From: Octopus sinensis
Taxonomy: Eukaryota
Direction of reading: 5' to 3'
DNA length: 64,000 nt
NCBI RefSeq assembly: GCF_006345805.1
Contig: NC_043003.1
Coordinates: 76,446,001 to 76,510,000, forward strand
The position numbers and the translations under genes are program-made. Below, piece after piece: positions 13,425-26,099 of this stretch. Under the pieces are notes generated by a model that saw only the letters and a program-made list of their open reading frames with translations, ran no database searches and was not told the DNA's origin. Within the stretch, counting starts at the first letter, position 1. Each line of letters begins with the position of its first letter.

Positions 13425-13467
13425 GTAAGAAATTTGAAAAGCTGAACGCGAAACCGGTCATTTCTAC
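13425..13467 (+). ncRNA. Minimal type I hammerhead ribozyme with U3-A8 pair
   Basis: agaaat TTGAAAA gc tgaac gc GAAA ccgg TC atttct; predicted cleavage after 13459. Confidence 0.65.
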
Positions 13468-13627
13468 AAAAACTATGTCATTGTATGAAAAAAATTTATA
13501 ACATTCTTCTGACATAATGACTCAAATATATATTTTTTAACCTTTTAAAACAAGCCTTCTGTAGTTTTTTCACTTTTTACTATTTTCTATATATTCAACC
13601 ACGTGCTTTCACACACCAACTTTCTCA

Positions 13628-13670
<43 letters not shown>

Positions 13671-15364
13671 TATATATATCATGGATGTATGCATGATTGT
13701 ATGTTATTTACACAAGTACGTATGTACGCAGTTGTATGTCTGTAGGTGAAGGGTGCATTTTGTATGTATCTGTGATTTTGTGTGCATTTTCACCCTAAAT
13801 GAAGAATTTCTGCAATGTTTTACAAAGTTTGTAAGTATATCTAATCGATTGCTTGGGGAATACAAATCAATTTTCTGTTTAGTTTTGGGGGAAACACAAC
13901 ATTCCTCATTTTTCATGCAGATTGTTGTTGCATAACCCACTGCATCTATGATAATAGATATAAATGAAAATACATAGCTTAAACGTAAGAAACGGTAGGT
14001 TTCTCAATAGTTATCTACGAATATATTCTTTTATTCCCAATCCTGGCCGAGACAATCGCTTTGGCCATGCAGCTGGTCTCTAAACAAATGTATTATACTT
14101 GATTTTTTTTATGGCGTTGGTCATGTTTCTCACTGTTCAGACTATTTTCAGGACAGGAGAACCACTGCACTGATCCTATTATATTTAATGCATGCTTTTT
14201 ATGGTTGGTAAGAATAACAGGTAAATTTTTCTTCTGTATAATGATTGCCAGTTGATATGAATAATTGGGGTATGTTAAATCCCAGTCACTTTTCATCCTT
14301 TTCATATAACCGAACAAACGGTCTTTCGTGGCTGTTTCTATAGAACTTGTTGAAAATTTGGTTCAAAGGAAAGGTTCATTGAAATCTCTCACGATAGTTA
14401 CGCAACATTTGGTATCTGACTGTCTCGTGTCCAAACATGTACTTTGTAATTATAATTACATGCTGAGTCATATATGAAACTTACCTCTCGATCTCTCGAT
14501 TACTGCTAAAATCTTCCATTAAAATGGGAGTTTTCCATATTTATCAGAAAAAAAGAAGAGCCATTTTTAATTGGCATGTGTAAGTGTAACCGCTAGTACT
14601 CGCGATTCATTTTGCAGTAGGTGTATATTGCCCCTATAGTAGGTGATTGCATTCAATAGTGTATTATTATGCATGTCTGCATGCATGCAGTTAAGTATTG
14701 TGCATGTGCAGATAGATATTACTATATTCTTTTAAGAACGCGCACACACACATGTGCACGACAATACATTTTAAAATTCAAAACCCTTAATTAAGTATCA
14801 TCCTAGCCCTAATTAGACTACCATTGTAGGACAATCACGCAACATCAATATGTTCCAACACAATCAGCGAAACACCATAAACCACCTTTAACATGTTGAA
14901 CCCTACGTGGATGAAGGACAACTTGGAATGCAAGCTCAAAGTAGAAAATATTCACATAAAACAGCCATATATGACTAAATGATTTCCTAACCACCGCATA
15001 CACACACATCCCATACGAACATACATATGCGTATACATGTGTGTTGTGTGTGTGCGTCGCATCCAAATCATTATCATCGCCATTTTTCAAGTCCGATCCC
15101 GTTGTATATCAAGCATCTTTTAACATAACCTTCCGTTGACATGTGTAGTGCCATTGCAATAGAATGGACGGAAACTGTACGGATATCCATTGGATTGCAT
15201 GTAAATTTAGATGGAATGTCATGATTTGCTATACACTGTCACTGTCCTCATTCATATTTTTTCGAATTGTATAAGCGTCTTTTGTCTATTCAGCAACGTA
15301 CAAGTTTAATTCTGTGCTCAACTAATTCATCAGTTCAAACAACTAAATGATCACTTGTTAAGGT

Positions 15365-15700
15365 TTTCTATACAGATTTTCCATAAAAAATGATACCCAG
15401 CACAAATTATGTGACGGCGTTTCGTATCCGAGGCGCCTGATGTGTTTAATATGTAAAATTGGTATAGCCAATAACGTTGTACCGCTGTATATAGTGGCTA
15501 TTTAAACATTATGCTTGTGAATTGATTAATAGGTTAAATGAGTTCTGATGAAGGAGCAAAAACACCTGAAACGTCATTTAGTCCATTACCCATTTTTCGT
15601 CTTCGATCTCACTGTTTGTATTATGTGTCTCGGATACGATACGTCGTAACAAAATCTGTGCTGGCTTTAATATTTATGGAAAAATCTATAGAGATAACCG
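15365..15700. mobile_element. Penelope-like relic: ~75 bp inverted arms around an HHR-like core
   Basis: 15365-15435 is an imperfect reverse complement of 15628-15700. Confidence 0.55.
15535..15582 (+). ncRNA. Hammerhead-like motif, stem I disrupted
   Basis: CTGATGA agg..cct GAAA cgTC atttag. Confidence 0.45.
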
Positions 15701-16387
15701 TGTTAAGTGATGCAATCGCACTGCTAACACAGTAGAACACAATATTGACTTATAAAAACGCTTAATATACTCTGTAGTATATTGTGGTTGCATAATAATA
15801 TACGGTGTCCCTACAGTTCATTAACAAAATTATCATCTTGGAAGATGACGAAGATTCTCTAGTTCTTGAATTATATATATATAGGTATATTATATTTGTA
15901 TACGCATATAATTATATACGTACGTGTACCTGTGTGCGAAATATTGCGCATGCATGAGTGTCTGTGTATGTGTGTGAATATGAGTGTGTCTATGCGCGTG
16001 TCTGTGTGTTGTGTGTGTCTGTGTGTCTCTGTGTGTGTGTGCATGCGTACGCACTAGTGTGCGTATGCGTTTCTCTGTAATGACTAATTCAAACACACAC
16101 ACACACAATTAAACACAGCAAAATCTATACCCTTGCTCCTGCATCTAGAAGCATTCATTCCTGTATTTCATTTCCAGAAATTGCATTTGGCCCCGATCGT
16201 GTAATTCTATGGCTGTTTTAGCCTGAAGAAAATTACTGAAGTCTTACGGAGTGTTACGTTAACTAAGAGCTGATGTTAAAGTTATTACCAAAAGCGTGCA
16301 CACGCATACACACCTTCAAACATTCATACAGATTTCTTACTTAGACAAATATACTCACACACACATACACACGCACACGTACACTTA

Positions 16388-16389
<2 letters not shown>

Positions 16390-16462
<73 letters not shown>
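16390..16462. repeat. (TA)n microsatellite
   Basis: Direct reading. Confidence 0.95.
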
Positions 16463-16471
<9 letters not shown>

Positions 16472-16697
16472 CAGGTATGTATATATGTGTCTCTATGTGT
16501 ATCCGCATGTATGTATATGCGTGTAGATAGACACATAGAGAAAGATAGATAGAAAGACAGTCAGATACGTAAATAAAACGAAGGATACAGTTATATATAC
16601 AAAGAATCTAACATATATAATTTTATACAAAATTATATTTATATCATACATAATTTGATAGAAAGTCATATTGATTTCATACGTATGTAATTTTATA

Positions 16698-16930
16698 CAG
16701 GCGTGGTTATTGTAAGAAGTTAGTTTTCCAACCACATTCTCCGGGTTCAGTCCTACTGCATAGCAGCTTGGGCAAGTGTCCTCTACTAGAACCTTGGGCT
16801 TGCTAGAGCCTTGTGACTGGATTTGGTAGACGGAATTTCTGTTGTGTGTGTGTGAATCTATGTTAATTTGTGCTTGTCTCCGTGTGTGTGTGTATCTATG
16901 TTACTTTGTGCTTGTCTCCGCCAATCACAC
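16698..16930 (+). mobile_element. SINE family B, 5' half
   Basis: CAGGCGTGG..CCAACCACATTCTCCGGGTTCAGTCC..TTGGGCAAGTGTC..GGATTTGGTAGACGGAA, like 43965. Confidence 0.7.
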
Positions 16931-17226
16931 ACACATTGTTAAATTCTTTTATCGCTGGATTGCGTGTTCGTTTCTCTTTTTGCTATCTGTTATTTTATTT
17001 ATGATCTTCTATATAAATGAAGATATTTCCTCCGTCTGGCTGCTTTTCTCACTACAAAACGGAAAGTTACATTGCGGATCAGTCATTTTAAAGAGTTATA
17101 CTTATTTATCACTCGACGTGATACATCTGCACACCGGATGCTCTTAACCAGTTGTTGAGTGTCCTACTCAAGAAGAATCGATGATATTCCATCTTCTGTC
17201 TTTCATTTTCTCTCTCTCTCTCCCTC

Positions 17227-17289
<63 letters not shown>

Positions 17290-17511
17290 AGAATTCACGA
17301 AAAATGCAAAAGACGAAAACAAGTGGTGTAGAAAACAAATAGATGTATTAGTATAACTCTCGGGAATTGAAAAAGTCTTTAACGTTTTGAGCCTACGCTC
17401 TTCCACAGAAACGAAAACGAACACAGAAGGAAACAAGGAGAGAAACAAGGAGAGAAAAAATATGTGTAGTGGCTACCGATCTATCATGGCAAATACAATA
17501 TATATATATAT

Positions 17512-17543
<32 letters not shown>

Positions 17544-17546
<3 letters not shown>

Positions 17547-17768
17547 ACTCGAACATTTAATCATAGAAAATACAGTTAGACATCACGAAAGATGGAATAT
17601 AATTCATCTGTACAAGCATATAATAAAGTGCGAGAAAAAATGTGTGAATATATGTGAATACAGTTCATCACGATTAAAAGTTAATACTTTAGCGATTAAG
17701 AAAAATATATCTTTTAAAAAAATCCATTACAACACCTAGAAGGTAAGACGTAAAAATATAGTATAAAG

Positions 17769-17807
<39 letters not shown>

Positions 17808-18463
17808 TATATAAAAATATATAGAAATATATATAAATATAGGAAGCATATAAACATATATAATATATAATGTAAAATAAAATAAAGGTTCATCGTTTAG
17901 AAAATATAAAATTACTTATCGAATAAGAGAGGCCTTATAGTTAAAAAGAAACCATATTTACGAAATTCCCTATGGCCATTTCAGGGGTATATTATTGTGT
18001 TTAAGGCACTAGGGTGCATCACGCTAATAACTCCTTCGTCAGGGGAAAAAATAGAGAGACAGACAACATCCCGTAGCAGGCTTAACACAATATTGTGTGT
18101 TTTCTTATTGAAGCAGTCATGCTCAGACGAGACCAGAAGAAAGAATTAAAGCAGTAAAAAAAAATATTTTATATAAAGCAGTAGAAAAATAAGGCAGTAA
18201 AAAAAATATAAAGCAGTAAAAGTAAAAAAATTAAAATTACATGGTTGTATTAAATTAAATTAAATTAAATTGAACCCCCGTGGTTCCAAACCCTGCAAGA
18301 GCTAAACTATTTATTAACTTTTAACCGTGATGAACTGTATTCACATATATTCACATATATTCACACATTTTTCTCGCACTTTATTATATGCTTGTACAGA
18401 TGAATTATATTCCATCTTCCGTGATGTCTAAAAGTATTTTCTATGATTAAATGTTCGAGTTAT
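17544..18463 (-). mobile_element. Non-coding element with ~145 bp inverted arms and internal HHR
   Basis: 17544-17686 is a near-perfect reverse complement of 18312-18463. Confidence 0.8.
17966..18047 (-). ncRNA. Type I hammerhead ribozyme, canonical core
   Basis: Minus: ttccc CTGACGA aggagt...acccct GAAA tggcca TA gggaa; palindromic stem III ATGGCCAT. Confidence 0.7.
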
Positions 18464-18726
18464 GAAATGTTTTGGGATGACCTTGCATTTGTTTGTTCTA
18501 TAACTTTAGTTTGATATATATATATATATGAACATATTATTGTTCATAATAATATCATTGGTTTAGCATGTGTAAAAAAACCTATAACAGTATAAACTAT
18601 CAATCAATAATTAGGGGTGATGCCTGTTAGTACACATAATTATTTATGTGCGTGTGAGTTAAAGAAAATGAGACAGCATAGCCACGGTAGTATGAAATTT
18701 CTAGGATATTTATAATGAGAAATGTA

Positions 18727-18774
18727 ATCTTACAGCTGTTTCAAGGATATGAGTAATATCTCTTCATCAGAGAC
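18727..18774 (-). ncRNA. Type I hammerhead ribozyme, canonical core
   Basis: Minus: gtct CTGATGA agagatat tactc atatcctt GAAA cagctg TA agat; palindrome ACAGCTGT. Confidence 0.65.
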
Positions 18775-19517
18775 GATATAAGAGCGTTAAAAAGAGGGAA
18801 ATAATAGAGTTCGATATAGGAAGTTTATTTTGGGAGAGATATAGGAAGTGTTCTGGCTGACACTCTCGACTGAGAAGTGGGCTTGTCCACTACGAATAAA
18901 TAATGGACTGACACAGTCAGTAGGGTCGTTCCGACTAGTCCCGTTGAGATGACGAAATACGTTGTCATCATATGACATGCCAGTACCGACGAAGGTTCGG
19001 ATAATATCACCACTGGGACATATGAGGAAGAATAAATGGAAATTAAAGAATAAAAATGTATAAGTTGGATGTTACAATTCCAGTTCCATTATCCAAGTAA
19101 AGCGCTGTGTATAATGGGTAGAAAGGCTCCTTGTCCATGGTGTGTAAATTCCGATAGGACTTCATATTTTGTTATTACAAATGGATAGTATGGAGACATT
19201 AATTCCATGTGCTGTTCATTCAAATGTGTCTTGTAGTGTGAATGAGATTTTGAGAAAGTAAAGTACTGGTAGGGGTAAGTAGATCGAGAGAAAAGAATGT
19301 GTATGTTAGAAGGAGGAGAATAGTATTGGCCAAGAAGAATAGGGGAGGAAAGAAGAAAAAAAGAAAGAAAGAAAGGAAGAGATTAGAAAATGAAAAAAGC
19401 AGTGATAGATGGTGGTCAATATATTGTGAGGGTATTTAGTATTTAGTAGAACAAATCTACCCAAGACTTTTTTCAAAGCCTAGTACTTATCATATTGGCC
19501 TTTAAGTCAAACTGCTA

Positions 19518-19790
19518 AGTTACGGATACATAAATACGCCAATACCGGTTGGCAAGCGGAGATGGGGGCGGGACAAACACAGAAACAACGACACATAAAT
19601 ATATATGTGTGTGCGCGCGCGCGCGTGTGTGTGTCTGTGAGTGTATATATATATGATGAGTTTCTTAAATTTTCCATCTACCAAAACCACTCGCAAGACA
19701 TTTGGCGCCCCGAAGCTATAGTAGACGTTACTTGCCCAAGGTGCCACGCAATCGGACTAAACCCGGAACCATGTGCCTGAGAAGCAAACA
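19518..19790 (-). mobile_element. SINE family B
   Basis: ACTTGCCCAAGGTGCCACGCAATCGGACTAAACCCGGAACCATGTG is the reverse complement of the family B head. Confidence 0.7.
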
Positions 19791-19878
19791 GAGTCAAGTC
19801 TGAGCGTGAATATAGTTTTTGTAATGTCTCTGAGTGTATATTCATAATGCAAAATGAGACGTTACATATATATATATA

Positions 19879-20900
19879 ATATTCGCTGATGACACTAAGC
19901 TCCAGCAAATCGTCAATGAAGAAGCAGACCGAACTCAACTCCAGTCTGACCTATATGCTGTGAGTCAATGGGCAGACAGAAACAAAATGCAACTGAATGA
20001 GGGAAAATTTGAGCTGATGCATTTTGGAAGAAATTCCTCACTAAAACAACCATACTCTCTTCCTTCAGGGGAACCGCTCACAGCCTCTAACAATATCAGA
20101 GACCTGGGTGTAATTGTTGATGACGATCTCAGTTGGAGTGCACACATCAACAAGAAAGTCGATATAGCTCGTAGGATGAGTTCCTGGATCTTAAGAACTT
20201 TCCGGTCCAGAGAACAAGGTGTCATCATAGCACTTTTTTCATTCTTTGTACGGCCACACCTTGAATACTGCTGCCCACTGTGGTCTCCTCACACAAGACA
20301 AAACATCTCCAGAATTGAGTCACCCCAGAGGGCTCTCACTAAACAAATTGAAGGCATGGCTGCTCTCGACTATTGGGATCGCCTTAAAGCCTTGCAACTT
20401 TACTCCCTCCAGCGTCGCCGTGAGCGGTACATCATTTGTACGATGTGGAAAATATACCGCCAACTTTGCCCAAACGACCTAAACATTAGCTTCAAGGTTC
20501 ATTCAAGACTTGGACCACGGGCTATACGTCCCCTGCCAAATTCAAGATCACAACATACATGTACACTGCAACATAATTTCTTTTCCTCAACAGGCCCTCC
20601 CCTATTTAACATTGTCCCGAGGGAGATCAAAGAGGAAAAGGATCCCATCAACTTCAAACAGAGTCTGGATAGATTCCTTCAAAGAATACCAGATAAGCCA
20701 CCCATAATTGGATACAACTCACCCAACAAGAACTCACTACTTGAACAAAACTGGATACAACTCACCCAACAAGAACTCACTACTTGAACAAAACTTGACT
20801 TAAACAGGATTCGAATAATCCTATCAGGTGGTGCTATTAAGTTAGACATGGCCTGGACCAATCTCTGGTCGAAACATATCTAAGTTTTATCTAAGTTTTA
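19879..20900 (+). mobile_element. CR1/L2-superfamily LINE, 5'-truncated, open ORF
   Basis: IFADDTK...DLGVIVDDDLSW...VRPHLEYCCPLWSP...LYSLQRRRER open from 19879 to 20787; tail TATCTAAGTTTTATCTAAGTTTTA. Confidence 0.9.
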
Positions 20901-21198
20901 TATATATAAATTTATAAATAAGGATAATATTGATATTTAAATATCGATATTATCAAGTGGCCAGCATGGGAAAAAATACTGTACAATGGTAATAAATTTT
21001 TACAGCTAAAAATAAGGGTGTCTGAGAGACACAACCATGCCGAAATAGCAGTCAAAACCCTGACTTTAAAAACCACGTAAAATGTTCATATCGTACCATG
21101 AGATAAGACAGAGGGACAAAATAGACTAGCAAATAATATTATTGAATAATTCAAGATCCAGGATTGAATATATATAGTTCAATATATATTAGTTGTAT

Positions 21199-21234
<36 letters not shown>

Positions 21235-23046
21235 CTCTCGCTTGACACAAAATAGAATAAATATTTATTAAAGCATATTCTACAAACTTTACTTCCGCAA
21301 ATGTCAATGACTAAACTTTATACATAATACTCAAATATCATCAAAGACAGTACATACCTAGTGAAAACTTTCCTGGCAAACTAATGTGTCCAACTAACTA
21401 AATCCTTTTGTAAGCATAAAAGCGCAAGATAAGTAACTTTATTTCAACAGCATGACCTCAAGCTGACACCTTATTTTACACGCGCCCAATCGAAAAGTTT
21501 TACATGCTTGGCTAAACTCTGAACAATGACATCCATTCTTTCAAAAGAAACAGAGTAAAACTACAGAATAATACAAATGGTAAGAAATGAAATCTTTTGA
21601 CCAGTTACTTTCAAACTTTTGTGAATTCTTAAACAACATCATGTGAATTCTATGTCAAGAGAAGATATCTGATATTGGTATCGATCCTGGAATCCAGTGA
21701 TGGCAGATAATTTTATACGCAGAAATCTATGCTTTTATCAGCTTGCACATATGATAAATAGATACCACAACGAATGCACAAGCTAATAGAAGGAACTTGC
21801 AACAGACTCGAAACTGTATTTATTGATTGATAGGTTGACTTCTTTCCTTTTGTTCCTTAATTTTCCTTGGACGTGGAAACACGATCATATTCTAAAACAT
21901 TCTGAGTTTCCATATATCACAACAGAAGATCCTGTTTTCACGCCAAAGTTTAAGTAACACCAGGAGCTATGTGAACACCTTACACAATGAACCCACACGC
22001 ACACATAGTATACGCATACAGCGTATACATACACATCCATGCATATGTACTTATATCCATATAGATGTATCGCCCCCACACACAAACACACATAAGTATA
22101 TATTTTATTTGTATATGTGTGTGACTGCATTTATGTATGTATGTATGTATGTATGTGTGTGTCTAAATACATACGTACAGGCATACTTACAAAGTCGTGT
22201 ACAAAGATATGACGATGTAACACAAAACAGGTTTAATCGATCGATTGGTTGATTGGTTTTTGGAGGAGAATTTGTAATTGTAACTCATTTGGATGGAAAA
22301 TTACGAATTAGGAAAAACGTGATTTGAATGAAAATTTGAAAATACATCAGACGAGATTCTTCCCAGAGTAGGAAATTGATTTTATTCACAGTTTTTATCT
22401 TTTTATTTATTTAGTTATTTATTTATTTATTGCTGAAGCCTTTTTGAAGTGTTGCAATAGATTTCATCATCTAAAATACATTATTCGATCTAAATTGTAT
22501 TTAATGTCATGCTGGGTGCAAGAATGCCTATGTAGTTAAGAAATCTACTTTGCCACTCTGTCGGTGCGATTTCAAATACTATGTGAGCAGTGAGTTCTAA
22601 AATAGCCCTGTGTCTACAAAAAATATGTAGTATGAAGACTTCTTACTCTCGTGTTGCAGTCTTAATTTGCAACCTAATTTAACAGCTCGTGAAACTAATA
22701 GCAGACATCGGGAATAAATTACTTTGTACCAACCAAGAGAAATACAGAAGCGTAGAAGAAACTTCATCCACCACATGCAGTTCTTTGCATCAAAGCAAAG
22801 TAAAGTAGGTAAAAGGGGTGAGAAAGCAGCGTATGAAATGGTTTAGTTTAAAGTTTCGGAGATCTAAACAAATAATGGAAACAATAAAAAGAATTATTAA
22901 GAAAGTCGTTAAGGCAGAGTTGTGGTACAATATTGACATATTCCAGGGTAAATAGTTTCTCGACGCTGCCACCTGAAGGAAATTATTTCATTAACTTAGG
23001 AAAGAACGTACAGATATTAAACTTTGGATTAAGTTAATTACAGAAA

Positions 23047-23338
23047 TGTTTGTTCCTTCTCAAGCCACGCCTGGCTCATAAGAGCCGATTTCCCGGTTTC
23101 CTTGGCGTATAGGTTCCCCACCTAGACGGCACGCTGGTCCGTCGCAGGTGAGCTGCTAGTTGCAGGAGGAAAGAGTGAGGGAAAGTAGTGGCAAAAGTGT
23201 CAGCGGGAGTTCGCCATTACCTTCTGTCGGAGCTGCGTGGAGCTTAGGTGTTTCGCTCATAAACACGTACATCGCCCAGTCTGAGATTCGCGATCCCTCG
23301 ACCATGAGTCCGATGCTCTAACCACTAGGCCATGTGCC
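23047..23338 (-). mobile_element. tRNA-derived SINE family C
   Basis: Minus head GGCACATGGCCTAGTGGTTAGAGCATCGGACTC (A box); tail GGCTTGAGAAGGAACAAAC. Confidence 0.75.
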
Positions 23339-24437
23339 TTCAATAATTACAGAAATAGACAACTTTATTAGATCACAAATAAATAGGAGATATTTTTCGA
23401 CAAAAATCTATACTAATAGTAATTATAACATAATTATAAAGTCGCTTTCAGCGAACGGAGATAACAACAAAATAACTAATATAGTGTCACGCATCCAGTT
23501 GTGAACTGTGTTCGGTTCACCATCATGTAATCATAGATTCAATACTTAAAGATCACAGCATGCAGTGTTTTTCAGCAAATCACTTCATTTCTTATTGCTC
23601 TAGTCTATTAGCTTAAACTGGGTCTCATCTGAGTGCTGTTCTAGCTGTTACATCTTAGATGCATTGATAGCAGAAAGGTTAAGAAAGCTGAGTAAATATC
23701 CATATAGGAATGTGAAAGTCTAAGAAGCTAAAACTATTAGAAAGAGCATGGCACATTGACACAAACACATGACGTTTCATTACGGATGATACTTCGAGTC
23801 ATACATATAACAGAACGACGCTTGATATTAGAAAAACAAAATATCAATGAGTCAACCATCGCCATCCCCACTAATGCCGGAATATAAACTATCACCAATA
23901 ACACAAATGTACCGGTATATGCGTATGCATATGTGTACTGTGTGTATAACCATATGCCTGGGTGTGTGGATGTTTATCAGAATGCAAAAGATTCTAGGTA
24001 TGAGATCAGTGGACAAGTTTCAAATCAGGTGCTACAGTCGATGAATTCTACCTTCTTATCTACCTCCTAGACCTGCAGGTAATGTTATGTGTGTGTGTGC
24101 GTGTGTTTGAGTGTATGTGTGTGTGAGTGTTAATTATATACTTTTTAAAAATATTTGTTCCTTATACAGTTTCTCAGTACTGTATGTGCAATAATATATT
24201 GGTCTCAACCAGAAGGAAATGCTCAACACCGGATACATTTTATGCGCATGCAGGAACACAAATAATATGTCATTTGAATTTCTACTTCGCAAGCAATGCA
24301 TGTTTGAACATCACTACTACCGAGGTTTATGTTTCATTTTTTTTTAGAAGTTAATATTATTCTTTTATCCATCATTGCTTTTTAAATATTAAATACACTT
24401 TCTGCTAACAACTGCTTTGTAATATTTCATCTTACAG

Positions 24438-24645
24438 AAAGCGGCGTGCTGGTAGAATCATTTGCACGCTGGGCAAAATTCTTTGCTGCATTTCATATAT
24501 CGTTATGTTCTAAGTTCGTATTTCACCGAGGTCGAATTTACCTTTCCTCCAATGGGGGTCATTCAAATAAATATCACTCGAACAGGGGTCAACATGATTG
24601 ATGAGCTCCCTCTTTCGAACTTAGTCCCTGTGCCAAAATTTGAAA
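24438..24645 (+). mobile_element. SINE family A, diverged
   Basis: AAAGCGGCGTGCTGGTAGAATC..CACCGAGGTCGAATTT. Confidence 0.65.
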
Positions 24646-25759
24646 CAAATATTTTCCCGTATAACTGTCTGCTTTGTCTTTTCAACTGTTGTTTCCTTTA
24701 ACAACGTCTGCTAGGGATTAATGTTTTATTGCTTGGCATACCTACACGTATTTGCCCCACATCAAATCCGGCTTTCCTCCTTCATACTTTCGAGTAAGAT
24801 GGTGCAATGTTTCTACAAACATGCTTCAGATAGTGTAGATTCAAATTATAATGGAATTTGTAGTGAAAATGTTTCCCTTTGGGTGGAGAGAGGAGTGTGG
24901 GAAAAATCACACGAATCGGATATTTGTTTCCAAATAATTTTCAACCAAAATCCATATATTTTGTGATATTTTCTACGAACACTTTTCAGGGTGTGCAGAT
25001 TACAATCATAACGGAATTTAATATGAAAACAACATAGTTCGCTCGCACATACATATATTATCACATATCACATTTATCTACGAAATGAAATTTGAAACTG
25101 CAAAAAAAATTGCGATGCAACAGTATGTATAAATGTGTGCTCAACATTCTCCTTTCCACTTCAAATTGCGTTATAATCGTATTTGACACACCCTGAAAGG
25201 CATTTGTAGAAACTTTCGTATAAAAATACCCATTTTTCCGAAAGAAATGAGGAAACAAACTGCCTCGCATAATTTTTCTGGGACTCCTCTTCCCAGCACC
25301 CGGATTTATTTACAACAAATGCCTAAAGAATCAGAAGCGTATGTATAGGAAATTTCATTTAAATATATTCATTGTTTGGGATCTTACGAGGAAGCAAATT
25401 CAGAAGGTGGAACAATTCTGAAGGTAAACCTATTGCTTTAACAGTAATAAATATACTTCAAGAATTTTTCTTTTCAAGAGAAGTAATACGAAGTTAACTC
25501 TGGTATTCAATACCTACGTATCCGCTTGCATCGCTTCACTTTCATTTCGTCTGTAACAGTATTTGATTACATTACGGCATTATATATATATAAACACAAT
25601 TCTCTTCTTTCGTTTGATTTGATTCGACAAGGTAATTTTTCACTACATATAAACGTAGATAGAATAACAGTATTCACGATGTAATTGTGTTTAGTCACGA
25701 ATACTAACTGCATTAAAAATCCATCGACATGTGCGTATATAAATATATATATATGTAAA

Positions 25760-25980
25760 CCTGTGTGTGTATTTGTGTCTGGGTTTCTTCCCGCCCACCA
25801 CCACTAAGAAATTGATGTTGTTGCGTTTACGTCCCCGTAACTTAGCGGTTCGGCAAACATATCGATAGAATAAGCACTAGGCTTACAAAGAATAAGTCCA
25901 GGGTTCGATTTCGTCAACTAAAAGGCGGTACTCCAGTATGGCCACACTCAAATTAGTGAAAGAAGTAACAGAGTAAAAGA
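25760..25980 (+). mobile_element. SINE family B, 3' half
   Basis: TTTACGTCCCCGTAACTTAGCGGTTCGGCAAA..AAAGGCGGTACTCCAGTATGGCC. Confidence 0.8.
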
Positions 25981-25995
25981 ATTATATACATGCAC

Positions 25996-26072
<77 letters not shown>

Positions 26073-26099
26073 GTATGTATATATTTATATATTTATATA

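Larger units (their letters stand above)
12399..13630 (+). mobile_element. Penelope-like retroelement (Neptune-like), 5'-truncated with inversion
   Basis: ORF part: DSCHPRHTKTNIPFNLARRICTI (RT thumb), KCGRPNCATC linker, NLIYVIRCSGC..VGST..H..H (GIY-YIG with CCHH); 3' pLTR with HHR. Confidence 0.9.

Noticed and set aside
17365-17415. HHR-like hairpin CTGTGGAA-GAGC-GTAG-GCTC-AAAACGTT (minus)
   Set aside because: Core positions A6 and G12 are violated and stem I is poor; treated as a pLTR-like relic only.
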